Positions 44,529-53,347 of a stretch of 64,000 nucleotides of DNA are shown piece by piece (the stretch's first letter is position 1; every line of letters starts with the position of its first letter). The notes beneath the pieces are model-generated. The model did not search any database and was not told where the DNA came from. It saw nothing but the letters and a program-made list of their open reading frames with translations. Both the position numbers and the translations under genes were made by a program. The stretch spans positions 318,305-382,304 of the forward strand of contig CAVYGQ010000001.1 of the NCBI GenBank assembly GCA_963768175.1, written 5' to 3'. This DNA is from Candidatus Doudnabacteria bacterium (GTDB lineage: Bacteria > Patescibacteriota > Doudnabacteria > UBA920).

Positions 44529-45701
44529 ATGGAACCGCTAGCCAATAAAATTCGCCCGACGTCGCTTAAAGGATTTGTCGGCCAACAGCATCTGGTCGGG
44601 CCGGATAAACCTTTAAAGATTGCCGTTGAACAAAAACATTTGTTCAGCTTTATTTTTTGGGGCCCGCCGGGGGTAGGGAAAACCACCCTGGCGCGGATTT
44701 ATGCCAAAGCGGTTAACGCGGAATATTTTGAACTGTCCGCTGTTTCCGCGGGTAAAGATGACATCCGGAAAATTGTTGACCGCCCGCCGATGATGGGACA
44801 GCCGAAAATATTGTTCCTTGATGAAATCCACCGCTTTAACAAAGCCCAGCAGGATTATCTATTGCCGTTTGTGGAAACCGGCAAATTATATTTAATCGGC
44901 GCCACCACGGAAAATCCTTCGTTTGAAGTGATCCCGCCTTTGCTTTCCCGTTGCAGGGTGTTTGTGCTAAACGAGTTGGCCGATGACGAAATCGAAAAAA
45001 TCATCGTTCAGGCCTGCAGAAGTGTCCCCTCTGCTGCAGAGGGGACACTTCTGCCAAAGAACAAAATAGATAAAAAATCCAAAGACTGGCTGGTACAAAT
45101 GGCTAACGGCGACGCTCGCCAGGCCATCAGCATGATAGAAAACACGGTAAATCTATACGGAAAAATTACCGTTGAAACCTTAAAAGACACCCTGCAATCC
45201 AAATTTTTGCGCTACGATAAAGCCGGTGAAGAACACTACAATATCATCAGTGCGTTTATAAAAAGTATGCGCGCCAGCCAGCCGGACGCGGCGCTCTATT
45301 ATATGTGCCGGATGATTGCTGCCGGCGAAGATCCGCTGTTCATCGCGCGGCGCATGGTGATTTTCGCCAGCGAGGACATCGGCTTAGCCCAGCCCACGGC
45401 CTTGGTGGTCGCCAACGCCGTATTCCGCGCCTGCGAAACCATCGGCTACCCCGAATGCGCCGAGAACCTTGCCCACGGGACCGTTTATCTGGCGCTGGCC
45501 AAAAAGGACCGCAGCGCCTACAACGCCTACCTGGCCGCGATGAAGGATGCCAAGGAATACGGCAACCTGCCCGTGCCGCTTAAAATCCGCAACGCACCCA
45601 CCAAGCTTATGAAAGAATTAAAATATGGGGAAGGTTATGAAAGTTATGATAAAGATGATTATCTGCCGGAAAAATTAAAAAGGAAAAAATATCTAATTTA
45701 G
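44529..45701 (+). CDS. rarA: Replication-associated recombination protein A (AAA+ ATPase)
   Basis: Walker [12 protein letters not shown], Walker [13 protein letters not shown], and conserved [10 protein letters not shown] and [11 protein letters not shown] blocks. Carries a 37-bp perfect palindrome in-frame. Confidence 0.85.
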   Translation: MEPLANKIRPTSLKGFVGQQHLVGPDKPLKIAVEQKHLFSFIFWGPPGVGKTTLARIYAKAVNAEYFELSAVSAGKDDIRKIVDRPPMMGQPKILFLDEIHRFNKAQQDYLLPFVETGKLYLIGATTENPSFEVIPPLLSRCRVFVLNELADDEIEKIIVQACRSVPSAAEGTLLPKNKIDKKSKDWLVQMANGDARQAISMIENTVNLYGKITVETLKDTLQSKFLRYDKAGEEHYNIISAFIKSMRASQPDAALYYMCRMIAAGEDPLFIARRMVIFASEDIGLAQPTALVVANAVFRACETIGYPECAENLAHGTVYLALAKKDRSAYNAYLAAMKDAKEYGNLPVPLKIRNAPTKLMKELKYGEGYESYDKDDYLPEKLKRKKYLI

Positions 45702-45718
45702 GCAAAAAAGCTCCATCG

Positions 45719-46771
45719 ATGACGCAACTTAAAAAATTTTTAAAAAAATACGCCTATCGACTGCCATCGGAACTAGTTGCGCAAACTCCGGCCAAACCGC
45801 GCGATGCTGCGCGGCTTTTGGTTTACAATCGACGGTCAAAAAAAATAAAATTTGATCGATTTTTTAATCTTGCGGGATATTTACCCAAAAACGCCGTCCT
45901 GGTCTTTAACCAAACCAAAGTCTGGCCGGCGCGGCTAACAATAATCAAACCAACCGGTGGCAAAGTCAAAATTTTGTACATTGATGCCGATAAAAAAAGC
46001 GGGCTTATAAAAATTATCAGCAACAAGCATCTCCCAGTAGGGGAGCGTGTTGATTTTTTGCGCGGCCGCGCAAAAAATCAACACCTTAAAGTCATCGGCA
46101 AAAAAAACGGCTTTTATTATTTAAGACCAAATTTTCCAATATCCCAAATCACCAAAATCATGACAAAATACGGCGTAACGCCGCTACCACCTTACATTAA
46201 AAATTCCCCTTTATCGGAAATCCAACGCCGCAAAGAGTACCAATCGGTCTTTGCAAAAACCGGTTTATCGGTAGCCGCGCCCACAGCGAGTTTGCATTTT
46301 ACCAAACGATTAATCAACCAGCTTCAAAAGCAGGGGATAGGCATCGCTTTTGTTCAGCTTGATGTAAACTTAGGAACTTTTGCGCCTTTGCGCGAAGAAC
46401 AAATTAAATCTGGAAAACTTCACCAGGAGTTTTACCGGATAAATAAATCAACGGCGCGATTTTTGAATCAAGCCAAAGCGGCTGGCCGTCCCATTATTGC
46501 CGTTGGCACCACCGTGGTCCGCACCCTGGAATCCGCTGCAAAAAATCAACGGCTGACAAAACTAACGGGGAATACAGATCTGTTTATTAAAGAAAATTAT
46601 AAGTTTAAATTTGTTGACGGCCTTATTACCAACTTCCATGTTCCCAAATCCAGCCTGCTGATGCTCACTTCCGCCTTTGTCGGCCGAAAAAAATTATTTG
46701 ATCTATACAAGCAGGCCATCAGTAAAAACTTCCGCTTCTTCTCCTTCGGCGACGGCATGTTAATTTTTTAG
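45719..46771 (+). CDS. queA: S-adenosylmethionine:tRNA ribosyltransferase-isomerase
   Basis: YRLPSELVAQTPAKPRDAARLLVY N-terminus plus conserved GTTVVRTLES and HVPKSSLLML blocks of QueA. Confidence 0.8.
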   Translation: MTQLKKFLKKYAYRLPSELVAQTPAKPRDAARLLVYNRRSKKIKFDRFFNLAGYLPKNAVLVFNQTKVWPARLTIIKPTGGKVKILYIDADKKSGLIKIISNKHLPVGERVDFLRGRAKNQHLKVIGKKNGFYYLRPNFPISQITKIMTKYGVTPLPPYIKNSPLSEIQRRKEYQSVFAKTGLSVAAPTASLHFTKRLINQLQKQGIGIAFVQLDVNLGTFAPLREEQIKSGKLHQEFYRINKSTARFLNQAKAAGRPIIAVGTTVVRTLESAAKNQRLTKLTGNTDLFIKENYKFKFVDGLITNFHVPKSSLLMLTSAFVGRKKLFDLYKQAISKNFRFFSFGDGMLIF

Positions 46772-46786
46772 TGATATAATACTTTT

Positions 46787-47122
46787 ATGAACATAGTCTA
46801 TTCCACTCCCGCCTTTGCCTGGCTACTGGTTTCGGTGGCGTTTTTCGCGGTAGGAGAATATTTTTCCAAAAAATTCGCGCTGGGGCCGAGCTGGCAATAT
46901 GTCTTGTTGATCTTAACTGCATATATTTTAGGAACTTTGGCCTGGTTACCGGCGATTTTACAAAAAAATCAGTTATCCGTAACCGGAACAATTTGGTCCG
47001 TGCTTTCGGTTTTGGCAACAATCAGTATTGGCATATTAATATTCAAAGAACATTTAAATGCTTTGCAGATAACTGGTCTAATCTTGGCCATAGTGGCTTT
47101 AGCTTTGTTAAATTACCGCTAA
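46787..47122 (+). CDS. Small four-TM DMT/SMR-like transporter
   Basis: 111 aa with four TM helices resembling an EamA half-domain. Confidence 0.4.
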   Translation: MNIVYSTPAFAWLLVSVAFFAVGEYFSKKFALGPSWQYVLLILTAYILGTLAWLPAILQKNQLSVTGTIWSVLSVLATISIGILIFKEHLNALQITGLILAIVALALLNYR

Positions 47123-47343
47123 ATTGTGGATATCTTTTTTACCTCTAAATTTCTTTTAAGCTCAGTAAAATTAGGGTAAATCAAAATTCTCTTATACTTA
47201 AGCCCGTTTTAAAAGATTAACCATTAGCCAAATCTTTTAAATTTCCGGAAAACTCTTGACACTTTGGGAAAAACGCTTGATTTTATTGGCTTTTTTAGTT
47301 AATATGTAATCGTTAAAGAAATTAATAAAAGGGAGACAAAAAT

Positions 47344-47616
47344 ATGACGAAGTCAGAAATCTTGCAGGCCCTGGCTGAAAAGCTGGGAATAACCCGCAAA
47401 CAGGTTAGTGAGTTCATGGACGCCATGGTCGAAATGGCTTACACCGTAACCAAAAAAGAAGGCGAATTCGTTATTCCTGGCATGGGAAAACTCCAAAAAA
47501 AGCACCGTGAAGCCAGAATGGGCCGCAACCCAGCTACCGGCGCTTCCATCCAGATCCCGGCTAAAACCGTCTTAAAGTTCCGCGTTGCCAAACAGGCCAA
47601 AGACGCAATCCTGTAA
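47344..47616 (+). CDS. hup: HU-family DNA-binding protein
   Basis: MTKSEILQALAEKLGITRKQV...RMGRNPATGASIQIPAKTVLKFRVAK is the classic HU/IHF fold signature. Confidence 0.85.
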   Translation: MTKSEILQALAEKLGITRKQVSEFMDAMVEMAYTVTKKEGEFVIPGMGKLQKKHREARMGRNPATGASIQIPAKTVLKFRVAKQAKDAIL

Positions 47617-47632
47617 TCTAATTGTTGTTAAT

Positions 47633-47668
47633 AACCCCGTTTCTTTAGAGAGGCGGGGTTTTGTTTGC
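47633..47668 (+). terminator. Intrinsic terminator
   Basis: aaccccgtttctttagagaggcggggttttgtttgc. Confidence 0.6.
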
Positions 47669-47715
47669 TTTTTTATGGTATAATATACAGGAAAGCATAT
47701 TAAACACAAATTCAA

Positions 47716-48156
47716 ATGCAAAACTTTTTAAAGAAAATCACTTTGGAAACAAAAAAACAGTTTGAAATAATAGACATTACCGACCACGTAAAAAAAATTG
47801 TCGCTGAAAGCGGCGTTAAAGAAGGCATCGCGGTAATTTTTTGCCCGCATACAACGGCCGCGGTTCGGCTTAACCATAACGAGCCGCTGCTTATGCAGGA
47901 TATTATGAAAATGCTTTACAGGCTAGTGCCCATAGATACCAGTTACAGCCACGATTTGTTTGAAGTCAGGCAAAATGTGTCACCCAATGAGCGCAGCAAC
48001 GGGCACGCGCACGTTAAAGCTTTTTTATTGGGATCGTCCGAAACTTTGCCGGTCGAAAAATCCAGTTTGGCCTTGGGCGCCAAACAAAGTATCTTTTTTG
48101 TGGAATTGGATGGCGGCCGGGGCCGTGAAGTCCTGGTTAAAATTTTAGGCGAATAA
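47716..48156 (+). CDS. YjbQ-family (UPF0047, secondary thiamine-phosphate synthase-like) protein
   Basis: Conserved GIAVIFCPHTTAAVRLNHNE and NGHAHVKAFLLGSSETLPV blocks. Confidence 0.6.
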   Translation: MQNFLKKITLETKKQFEIIDITDHVKKIVAESGVKEGIAVIFCPHTTAAVRLNHNEPLLMQDIMKMLYRLVPIDTSYSHDLFEVRQNVSPNERSNGHAHVKAFLLGSSETLPVEKSSLALGAKQSIFFVELDGGRGREVLVKILGE

Positions 48157-48333
48157 AAAACTTAAGTGGTCGGTCTTAAGAAAAATTTGTCAGACAAAAA
48201 AACTTGATACCTAAATCAAAATAAAGGTTACTCGGAGCAGAGCTGTGAGGTATTGAACCTGTATTAGCTCCTCGGCTCGGTCTCCCTTCGGGAGACTCTC
48301 GCTCTACGTCGCTAATAAATAGAAAGGAACAAA

Positions 48334-49017
48334 ATGGATTACACAACATATCAGGCTGTAGTGATTCAGGCTTTGGGGGATTTATATTCCAAAACCCTAA
48401 CCTACCTGCCTAATCTTGTTGCCGCAATTATAGTTGTAATTATTGGCTGGCTGTTGGCCATATTCTTAAGCAAGGTAATTTACAAAATTTTAGAGATCAT
48501 TAAAATCGATCAGTTAGCCAACCAGCTTGGCTTAAAAAATCTCTCCGAAAAAGCCGGCAGAAAATTAAGCCTGGTCGCTTTGGGCGCTTGGCTGGTAAAA
48601 TGGTTCTTCTTCTTGGGCAGCTTTATTGCCGCCGCCGACATCTTGGGCCTTCAGGAAGTTTCAACCTTCCTCTACCAGGATGTGTTAAATTACGCCGGGC
48701 ATGTGGTCGTGGCAATGGCCATTCTGCTTTTGGGTATTCTGGCTGCAAACTTCTTTGCGAATATTGTTGTAAGCACGGTTAAAGCCAGCGGTCTGCATAA
48801 GGGCGAATCTTTGGGCACCCTTACCAAGTGGGCGATCTTAGTTTTTACCGCAATAGCCGCTCTGTCCCAGCTCCAAATTGCCACCGCGTTTTTGCAGGAC
48901 TTGTTCAGGGCTGTAGTTGCCATGCTAGCCATTGCTGGTGGTTTGGCCTTTGGCTTGGGCGGCAGGGATCATGCAAAAAAAGTCTTGGATAATATAGAAA
49001 ACGGCTTAAAGTCTTAG
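48334..49017 (+). CDS. Membrane protein with duplicated TM-helix repeat (mechanosensitive-channel-associated type)
   Basis: Two similar halves each with a TM helix. Preceded by the conserved leader motif. Confidence 0.45.
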   Translation: MDYTTYQAVVIQALGDLYSKTLTYLPNLVAAIIVVIIGWLLAIFLSKVIYKILEIIKIDQLANQLGLKNLSEKAGRKLSLVALGAWLVKWFFFLGSFIAAADILGLQEVSTFLYQDVLNYAGHVVVAMAILLLGILAANFFANIVVSTVKASGLHKGESLGTLTKWAILVFTAIAALSQLQIATAFLQDLFRAVVAMLAIAGGLAFGLGGRDHAKKVLDNIENGLKS

Positions 49018-49094
49018 TAAAAAAATACAAAATAGTTTATAATACAGAAACGACGCTTTTTGTGCCGTAATATTTTATTGTAATTTTACCAAGA

Positions 49095-49916
49095 ATGATA
49101 AAAAAATTTCTGATCGTTTTTATTATTTTTCTTCTTTTTTTAGGCTGTTTTGGTATTTACGGAGCTATAAAATACCGGAATCAGGTTAGGCAGGAAAGGC
49201 AGACGGCAAAAGCGCCGCAAATTAGCGTAACTTTTTTGGAAGGCTGGAGCAACCAGGATATCGCCCAATATTTAGAAAAAAATCAGATTGTTTCTTCCGC
49301 GGATTTTTTGGCTGCGGTTAAAAATTTTGACAGCTCAAACTATCAAAGCCAGTCGTTTAAACCGCAAACCCCTGACTTGGAGGGTTACTTGTTTCCCGAT
49401 ACTTATTTTATACCCAAAAACCCGCCGGCCGGCCAAAACATCAACAACATTATTATAGAAAAGGCTTTAAATAATTTTACGCAAAAAATTACGCCAGAAA
49501 TGCTCGCGCAAGCCCAAAATGAAGGCATGAGCTTATACCAAATTATCACACTGGCGTCCATTATAGAAAAAGAATCGGGCGGAAACCAGGACGACCGGAA
49601 AACAATCGCCGGAGTCTTTTACAACCGTTTAAAAGCCGGCATGCCTTTGGAAAGCGACGCCACCGTAAGTTTTGTAACGGGAACTTCGCCGATAAGCGCG
49701 GCGGACACGCTAATTGATTCGCCCTACAATACCTACAAATACAAAGGCCTGCCGCCGGGACCAATTTGCAACCCCGGGCTAAATTCCATTATGGCGGCGC
49801 TTTACCCGACGCCAAGCGATTATTTTTATTTCCTCACAAACCCGCAAACCGGCCGCGCGGTGTTTGCCCAAACCTTCGCTGAACATCAAAAAAATAAAGC
49901 GCAATACTTAAAGTAA
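49095..49916 (+). CDS. mltG: Endolytic murein transglycosylase MltG (YceG family)
   Basis: N-terminal TM. Conserved LASIIEKESG...AGVFYNRLKAGMPLESDATV...YNTYKYKGLPPGPI. Confidence 0.75.
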   Translation: MIKKFLIVFIIFLLFLGCFGIYGAIKYRNQVRQERQTAKAPQISVTFLEGWSNQDIAQYLEKNQIVSSADFLAAVKNFDSSNYQSQSFKPQTPDLEGYLFPDTYFIPKNPPAGQNINNIIIEKALNNFTQKITPEMLAQAQNEGMSLYQIITLASIIEKESGGNQDDRKTIAGVFYNRLKAGMPLESDATVSFVTGTSPISAADTLIDSPYNTYKYKGLPPGPICNPGLNSIMAALYPTPSDYFYFLTNPQTGRAVFAQTFAEHQKNKAQYLK

Positions 49917-49920
49917 TTAA

Positions 49921-49953
49921 AAAACCCCCGTCCTTTAAAAGAGGCGGGGTTTT
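49921..49953. terminator. Bidirectional intrinsic terminator
   Basis: aaaacccccgtcctttaaaagaggcggggtttt. Confidence 0.6.
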
Positions 49954-49954
49954 G

Positions 49955-50935
49955 TTATCCCAGACGACTTCCAATAAATTGCGGATAGCCGTTTAAAAAG
50001 TCGCCGATGGCAACTTCCGATTTCCCCTCAAGCTGAAGTTGTTTAATTTGCAAAAAAGTATTACTGCCGCAAACCGCCACTCCGTTTTCAAGCACTGTGC
50101 CCGGCATTCGTGTCATTCGTGTGCTATTCGTGTCATTCGTGTCGCTTAAAATACAATCGGTAATCTTTAAAATTTTACCGTTCCAAGTTGTCCAAATTCC
50201 AGGCCAAATATAAAAAGCGCGAAATTGATTATAAATTTCCGGAGATGTGCGCTGCCAATCAACTTTGCCGTCGGCTTTACTGATTATTTTGGTATAAGAA
50301 GCTTTGACTTCATCCTGGGGCAGGGGAGTAATTTTGCCGCTGGCATAATCCTCAACAACCCGATTAATCAACCGGGCGGACAGTCTGGCTAGCTTGTCGG
50401 ACAAAGTGAAATAGTTATCATCGGGATCAATTCCAACTATTTCCTGTGCCAGCAGCGGGCCGCCATCAATTTTTTGGTCCAACAAAAATATAGACGTGCC
50501 GGTTTGCTGGTCGCCATTAAGCAAAGCAAACTGGATGGGCGAAGGGCCACGATACTTTGGCAAAATTGAAAAGTGGACGTTAATCGTTTTGTATCGAGGC
50601 AGGCCGATAATTTCCGCCGGCAAAATTTTGCCGTAAGCCACCACTACAAAAATATCCGCGTTTAAATTTTGCAGCTGCCGTAAAAATTCCGGATTCTCCT
50701 TCAAATTTTCCGGCTTTAAAACAAACAGCTTTAAATCTTTTGCCAAAGCCGAAACCGGGCTTTCCTGCAAGTCCTGCGACCTTCCCGCTTCAGCGTCCGG
50801 CTTGGTAACCACAGCTAAAATTTTGTGCTGTTTATTTAAAGTTTCCAATACCGGCAAAGCTTCGTTAGCCGTGCCAAAAAATACAATTTTTCCGCCAAAG
50901 GCGGACCCGCCTCCGGCGGGCATTTTCTCATTCAT
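49955..50935 (-). CDS. fmt: Methionyl-tRNA formyltransferase
   Basis: N-terminal KIVFFGT, formyltransferase core (HFSILPKYRGPSPIQ), and C-terminal domain. Carries a GGSAFGG palindromic element at the 5' end and an in-frame tandem repeat. Confidence 0.85.
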   Translation of the reverse strand: MNEKMPAGGGSAFGGKIVFFGTANEALPVLETLNKQHKILAVVTKPDAEAGRSQDLQESPVSALAKDLKLFVLKPENLKENPEFLRQLQNLNADIFVVVAYGKILPAEIIGLPRYKTINVHFSILPKYRGPSPIQFALLNGDQQTGTSIFLLDQKIDGGPLLAQEIVGIDPDDNYFTLSDKLARLSARLINRVVEDYASGKITPLPQDEVKASYTKIISKADGKVDWQRTSPEIYNQFRAFYIWPGIWTTWNGKILKITDCILSDTNDTNSTRMTRMPGTVLENGVAVCGSNTFLQIKQLQLEGKSEVAIGDFLNGYPQFIGSRLG

Positions 50936-51498
50936 AATTTCCTCATTACTTTTCTTAAAACTTCCGCCTCCAACCGACAGTCAACCAAAGCGTTGTGCAA
51001 CTGGTTTTTACCGATTTTTATTTTAAATATTTTAATTAAATACTCCAGCCCAAAACCGGCAAAGTCTTTTTTGGAATTAAGCTTGTTGCGTTTGGCCAAA
51101 AAGCCGTAAAATAGAGCCCACAAATCAAAATAATGGTAGTCAAACGGCCACTTAACTCCAGCTTTTTTATAAGCATCCGTTAAAATCCGTTTGTCGTTAA
51201 AACCCACATAAAAAGCCTGGGTTACGTTGTGGGGAAACGCGCGGTTGAACTTTTTTATCGCCTGGCTCAAAGTCGGCGCGTCTTTGACCATTTCCCAGGT
51301 AATTTTATTCACCGCCATGGACTTAAGGTCGCGGCTTTTCCACTTGGACGGTTTGACGTAAGTGCTAAAATATTTTTTTTCTTTTAAAGTTTTTTTGTCC
51401 AAAAGCACCGCGGCGATTTGCAGCAAATCGTGCTTTTTGGGAACATCAAAACCGGAAAACTCGGTATCAATTAGCAGTAAATCCTTGTGAAAGTTCAT
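50932..51498 (-). CDS. DEDDh 3'-5' exonuclease (DnaQ-like)
   Basis: Exo I LLIDTEFSGFD, Exo II FNDKRILTD, Exo III HNALVDC. Confidence 0.65.
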   Translation of the reverse strand: MNFHKDLLLIDTEFSGFDVPKKHDLLQIAAVLLDKKTLKEKKYFSTYVKPSKWKSRDLKSMAVNKITWEMVKDAPTLSQAIKKFNRAFPHNVTQAFYVGFNDKRILTDAYKKAGVKWPFDYHYFDLWALFYGFLAKRNKLNSKKDFAGFGLEYLIKIFKIKIGKNQLHNALVDCRLEAEVLRKVMRKL

Positions 51499-51566
51499 AG
51501 ATAGTGGATAGTGGTCAGTGGATAGTGGTCAGTCCTGTCCACTGATCACTGTACACTGTCCACTTT

Positions 51567-52103
51567 TTAAACTTCTTTAATTATTCTCCTGAATATTTCC
51601 GCCGCCAGCCTGACTTTTTCCAGCATATCGTAAGGATTTTTTTGCTTTAACCTGAAATAATCCAGTAAAGTCTGGAACGTCGGCATTTTATTTAACCCGT
51701 AATTTAAAGTGTAAATATACCCTAAAGTCCAAAGCTGTATCACATGATAGTCGTAATCGTAAGTTACGGCCGCTTTTTTAAAGGCATTTTTTAAAAACCA
51801 AAGGTTGTTTGAGCTGTGGGTGGCCAGAAGCAAATCCGCGCCGAATTTTTTATGGAAATTTTTTATGGCATCATAGACTTTTGGGCTTTTGCGCAAGGTT
51901 TCGTAATCGGTATGTAAAATTTTTGCGTGTTCGTTGATAATGCTGTCCAAATAACTTATCCTGATAAAAGTATTAAAATTATTTTTTTCCAGCAGGTTAT
52001 CTTTATCCAGCAAAACCGCGGAAAGCTGGATTATGGAATCTTTGTCCGGGTCGTGCCCGGTGGTCTGGATTTCAAAAAATAAAATGTCTTTGATAAATTT
52101 CAC
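51567..52103 (-). CDS. DnaQ-like exonuclease paralog with substituted catalytic residues
   Basis: Same fold as the adjacent gene, but Exo I reads FFEIQTTG (D to E, E to Q) and Exo III reads YDMLEKV (H to Y, D to E). Confidence 0.5.
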   Translation of the reverse strand: MKFIKDILFFEIQTTGHDPDKDSIIQLSAVLLDKDNLLEKNNFNTFIRISYLDSIINEHAKILHTDYETLRKSPKVYDAIKNFHKKFGADLLLATHSSNNLWFLKNAFKKAAVTYDYDYHVIQLWTLGYIYTLNYGLNKMPTFQTLLDYFRLKQKNPYDMLEKVRLAAEIFRRIIKEV

Positions 52104-52194
52104 AACATAATCCTAATGCCCCGAATTAGTATCCGAATGCTCCAAATACTTCCCTTTCGGGTCATTTGGATTGTATCTATTCGGGTAATTCGGA

Positions 52195-52698
52195 TTATAA
52201 CAATTTTTCTTTCTTCCACCGGTTAACAATCTCTCCGCCTTGCGTATATTTTTTTATTAAATCGATAATTAAACGCCCGTTGATATGGTCAATTTCGTGC
52301 TGGGTGACACGGGCAAACCAGCCGTCATCCGTAAATTGCACGGTTTTGCCTTCGGCTGTTTGCGCCTCGAAGGTAACTTTTTTTGGCCGTTTGACCATAC
52401 CAAAGACATCTGGAATCGACAAACAGCCTTCTTCAATTTCGGTCTTGGTAAAACTTTTGGAAATTATTTTAGGGTTGTAAAAAACGACCAGCGGAATACC
52501 GCTTTTTTCCAGATTGACGATTATTACCTTAACCGGTTTTCCTACCTGCGGCGCGGCCAGACCAATACCGTCGGCCTTGCGCACGGTGTCTACCATGTCC
52601 CGAGTCAACTTTTTTATTTCCTTGGACAAAGGGAAAACTACCGGCTGGGTCGGCTGTCTTAAAACAGAATCGGGATAAATTTTTATTGGAAGAATCAT
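52195..52698 (-). CDS. def: Peptide deformylase
   Basis: GIGLAAPQVG, EGCLSIP and HEIDHING motifs. Confidence 0.9.
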   Translation of the reverse strand: MILPIKIYPDSVLRQPTQPVVFPLSKEIKKLTRDMVDTVRKADGIGLAAPQVGKPVKVIIVNLEKSGIPLVVFYNPKIISKSFTKTEIEEGCLSIPDVFGMVKRPKKVTFEAQTAEGKTVQFTDDGWFARVTQHEIDHINGRLIIDLIKKYTQGGEIVNRWKKEKLL

Positions 52699-52771
52699 AG
52701 CGATACTAATACACTAATTTATACGAATGACACTAATCCGCAATTCGTATTATTCGTATGCCATTCGTGGA

Positions 52772-53200
52772 TTAGTGTCGCTTTTCTTCATTATACTTTT
52801 TAATCAAATAAGCAAACAGTTTCCCCGGGCTCTTTACATCTTTTCCCTCCAAAACCTGCCCTAACAAATTTCTTAAAAAATTATGGTCATACAAAGTGGC
52901 CATTTTTAAATAAAAACCGAAATGCTTTTTATCGTTCAACTTTTGACATAACTCGTCGGCCAACAAATGGGCAGGGGAGTGCAAGTGGGCATCTTTTTTG
53001 GCCAACCTTTTAATATCATATAGATGGCCATCCTCCGAAGCCTTGGCGGAGGAGGATGGCTTGGCCGAAGAAAATTTGGCGATTTTACCCAAGCGCTCCA
53101 TAAAGCTAATGAACAAAAGGGACGGGAATGACAAAAATGAGCAAAAACGGCAGATTGCTGCCGTCCCGAACAAAGTGAGGGATCCCTCTCTCGGCTGCAC
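52772..53200 (-). CDS. Hypothetical protein
   Basis: 142-aa ORF containing an imperfect GC-rich palindrome at 53027..53060. Confidence 0.35.
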   Translation of the reverse strand: MQPREGSLTLFGTAAICRFCSFLSFPSLLFISFMERLGKIAKFSSAKPSSSAKASEDGHLYDIKRLAKKDAHLHSPAHLLADELCQKLNDKKHFGFYLKMATLYDHNFLRNLLGQVLEGKDVKSPGKLFAYLIKKYNEEKRH

Positions 53201-53347
53201 TCGCTCGGGATGACAACTATATTAGAAAATAGTTGTTTGTCATTTTCGTCGTTTTTGTCATTTTTTTAATTTTTGTCGTTAATATATTATACAGGATTTT
53301 GTGGATTTTGGCTATCAAATCGGGCTAAAATGAGCTATAATCCAAAT

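Noticed and set aside
45305-45583. Alternative-frame 92-aa ORF within rarA
   Set aside because: It is an Arg/Pro-rich out-of-frame translation of a conserved AAA+ gene.
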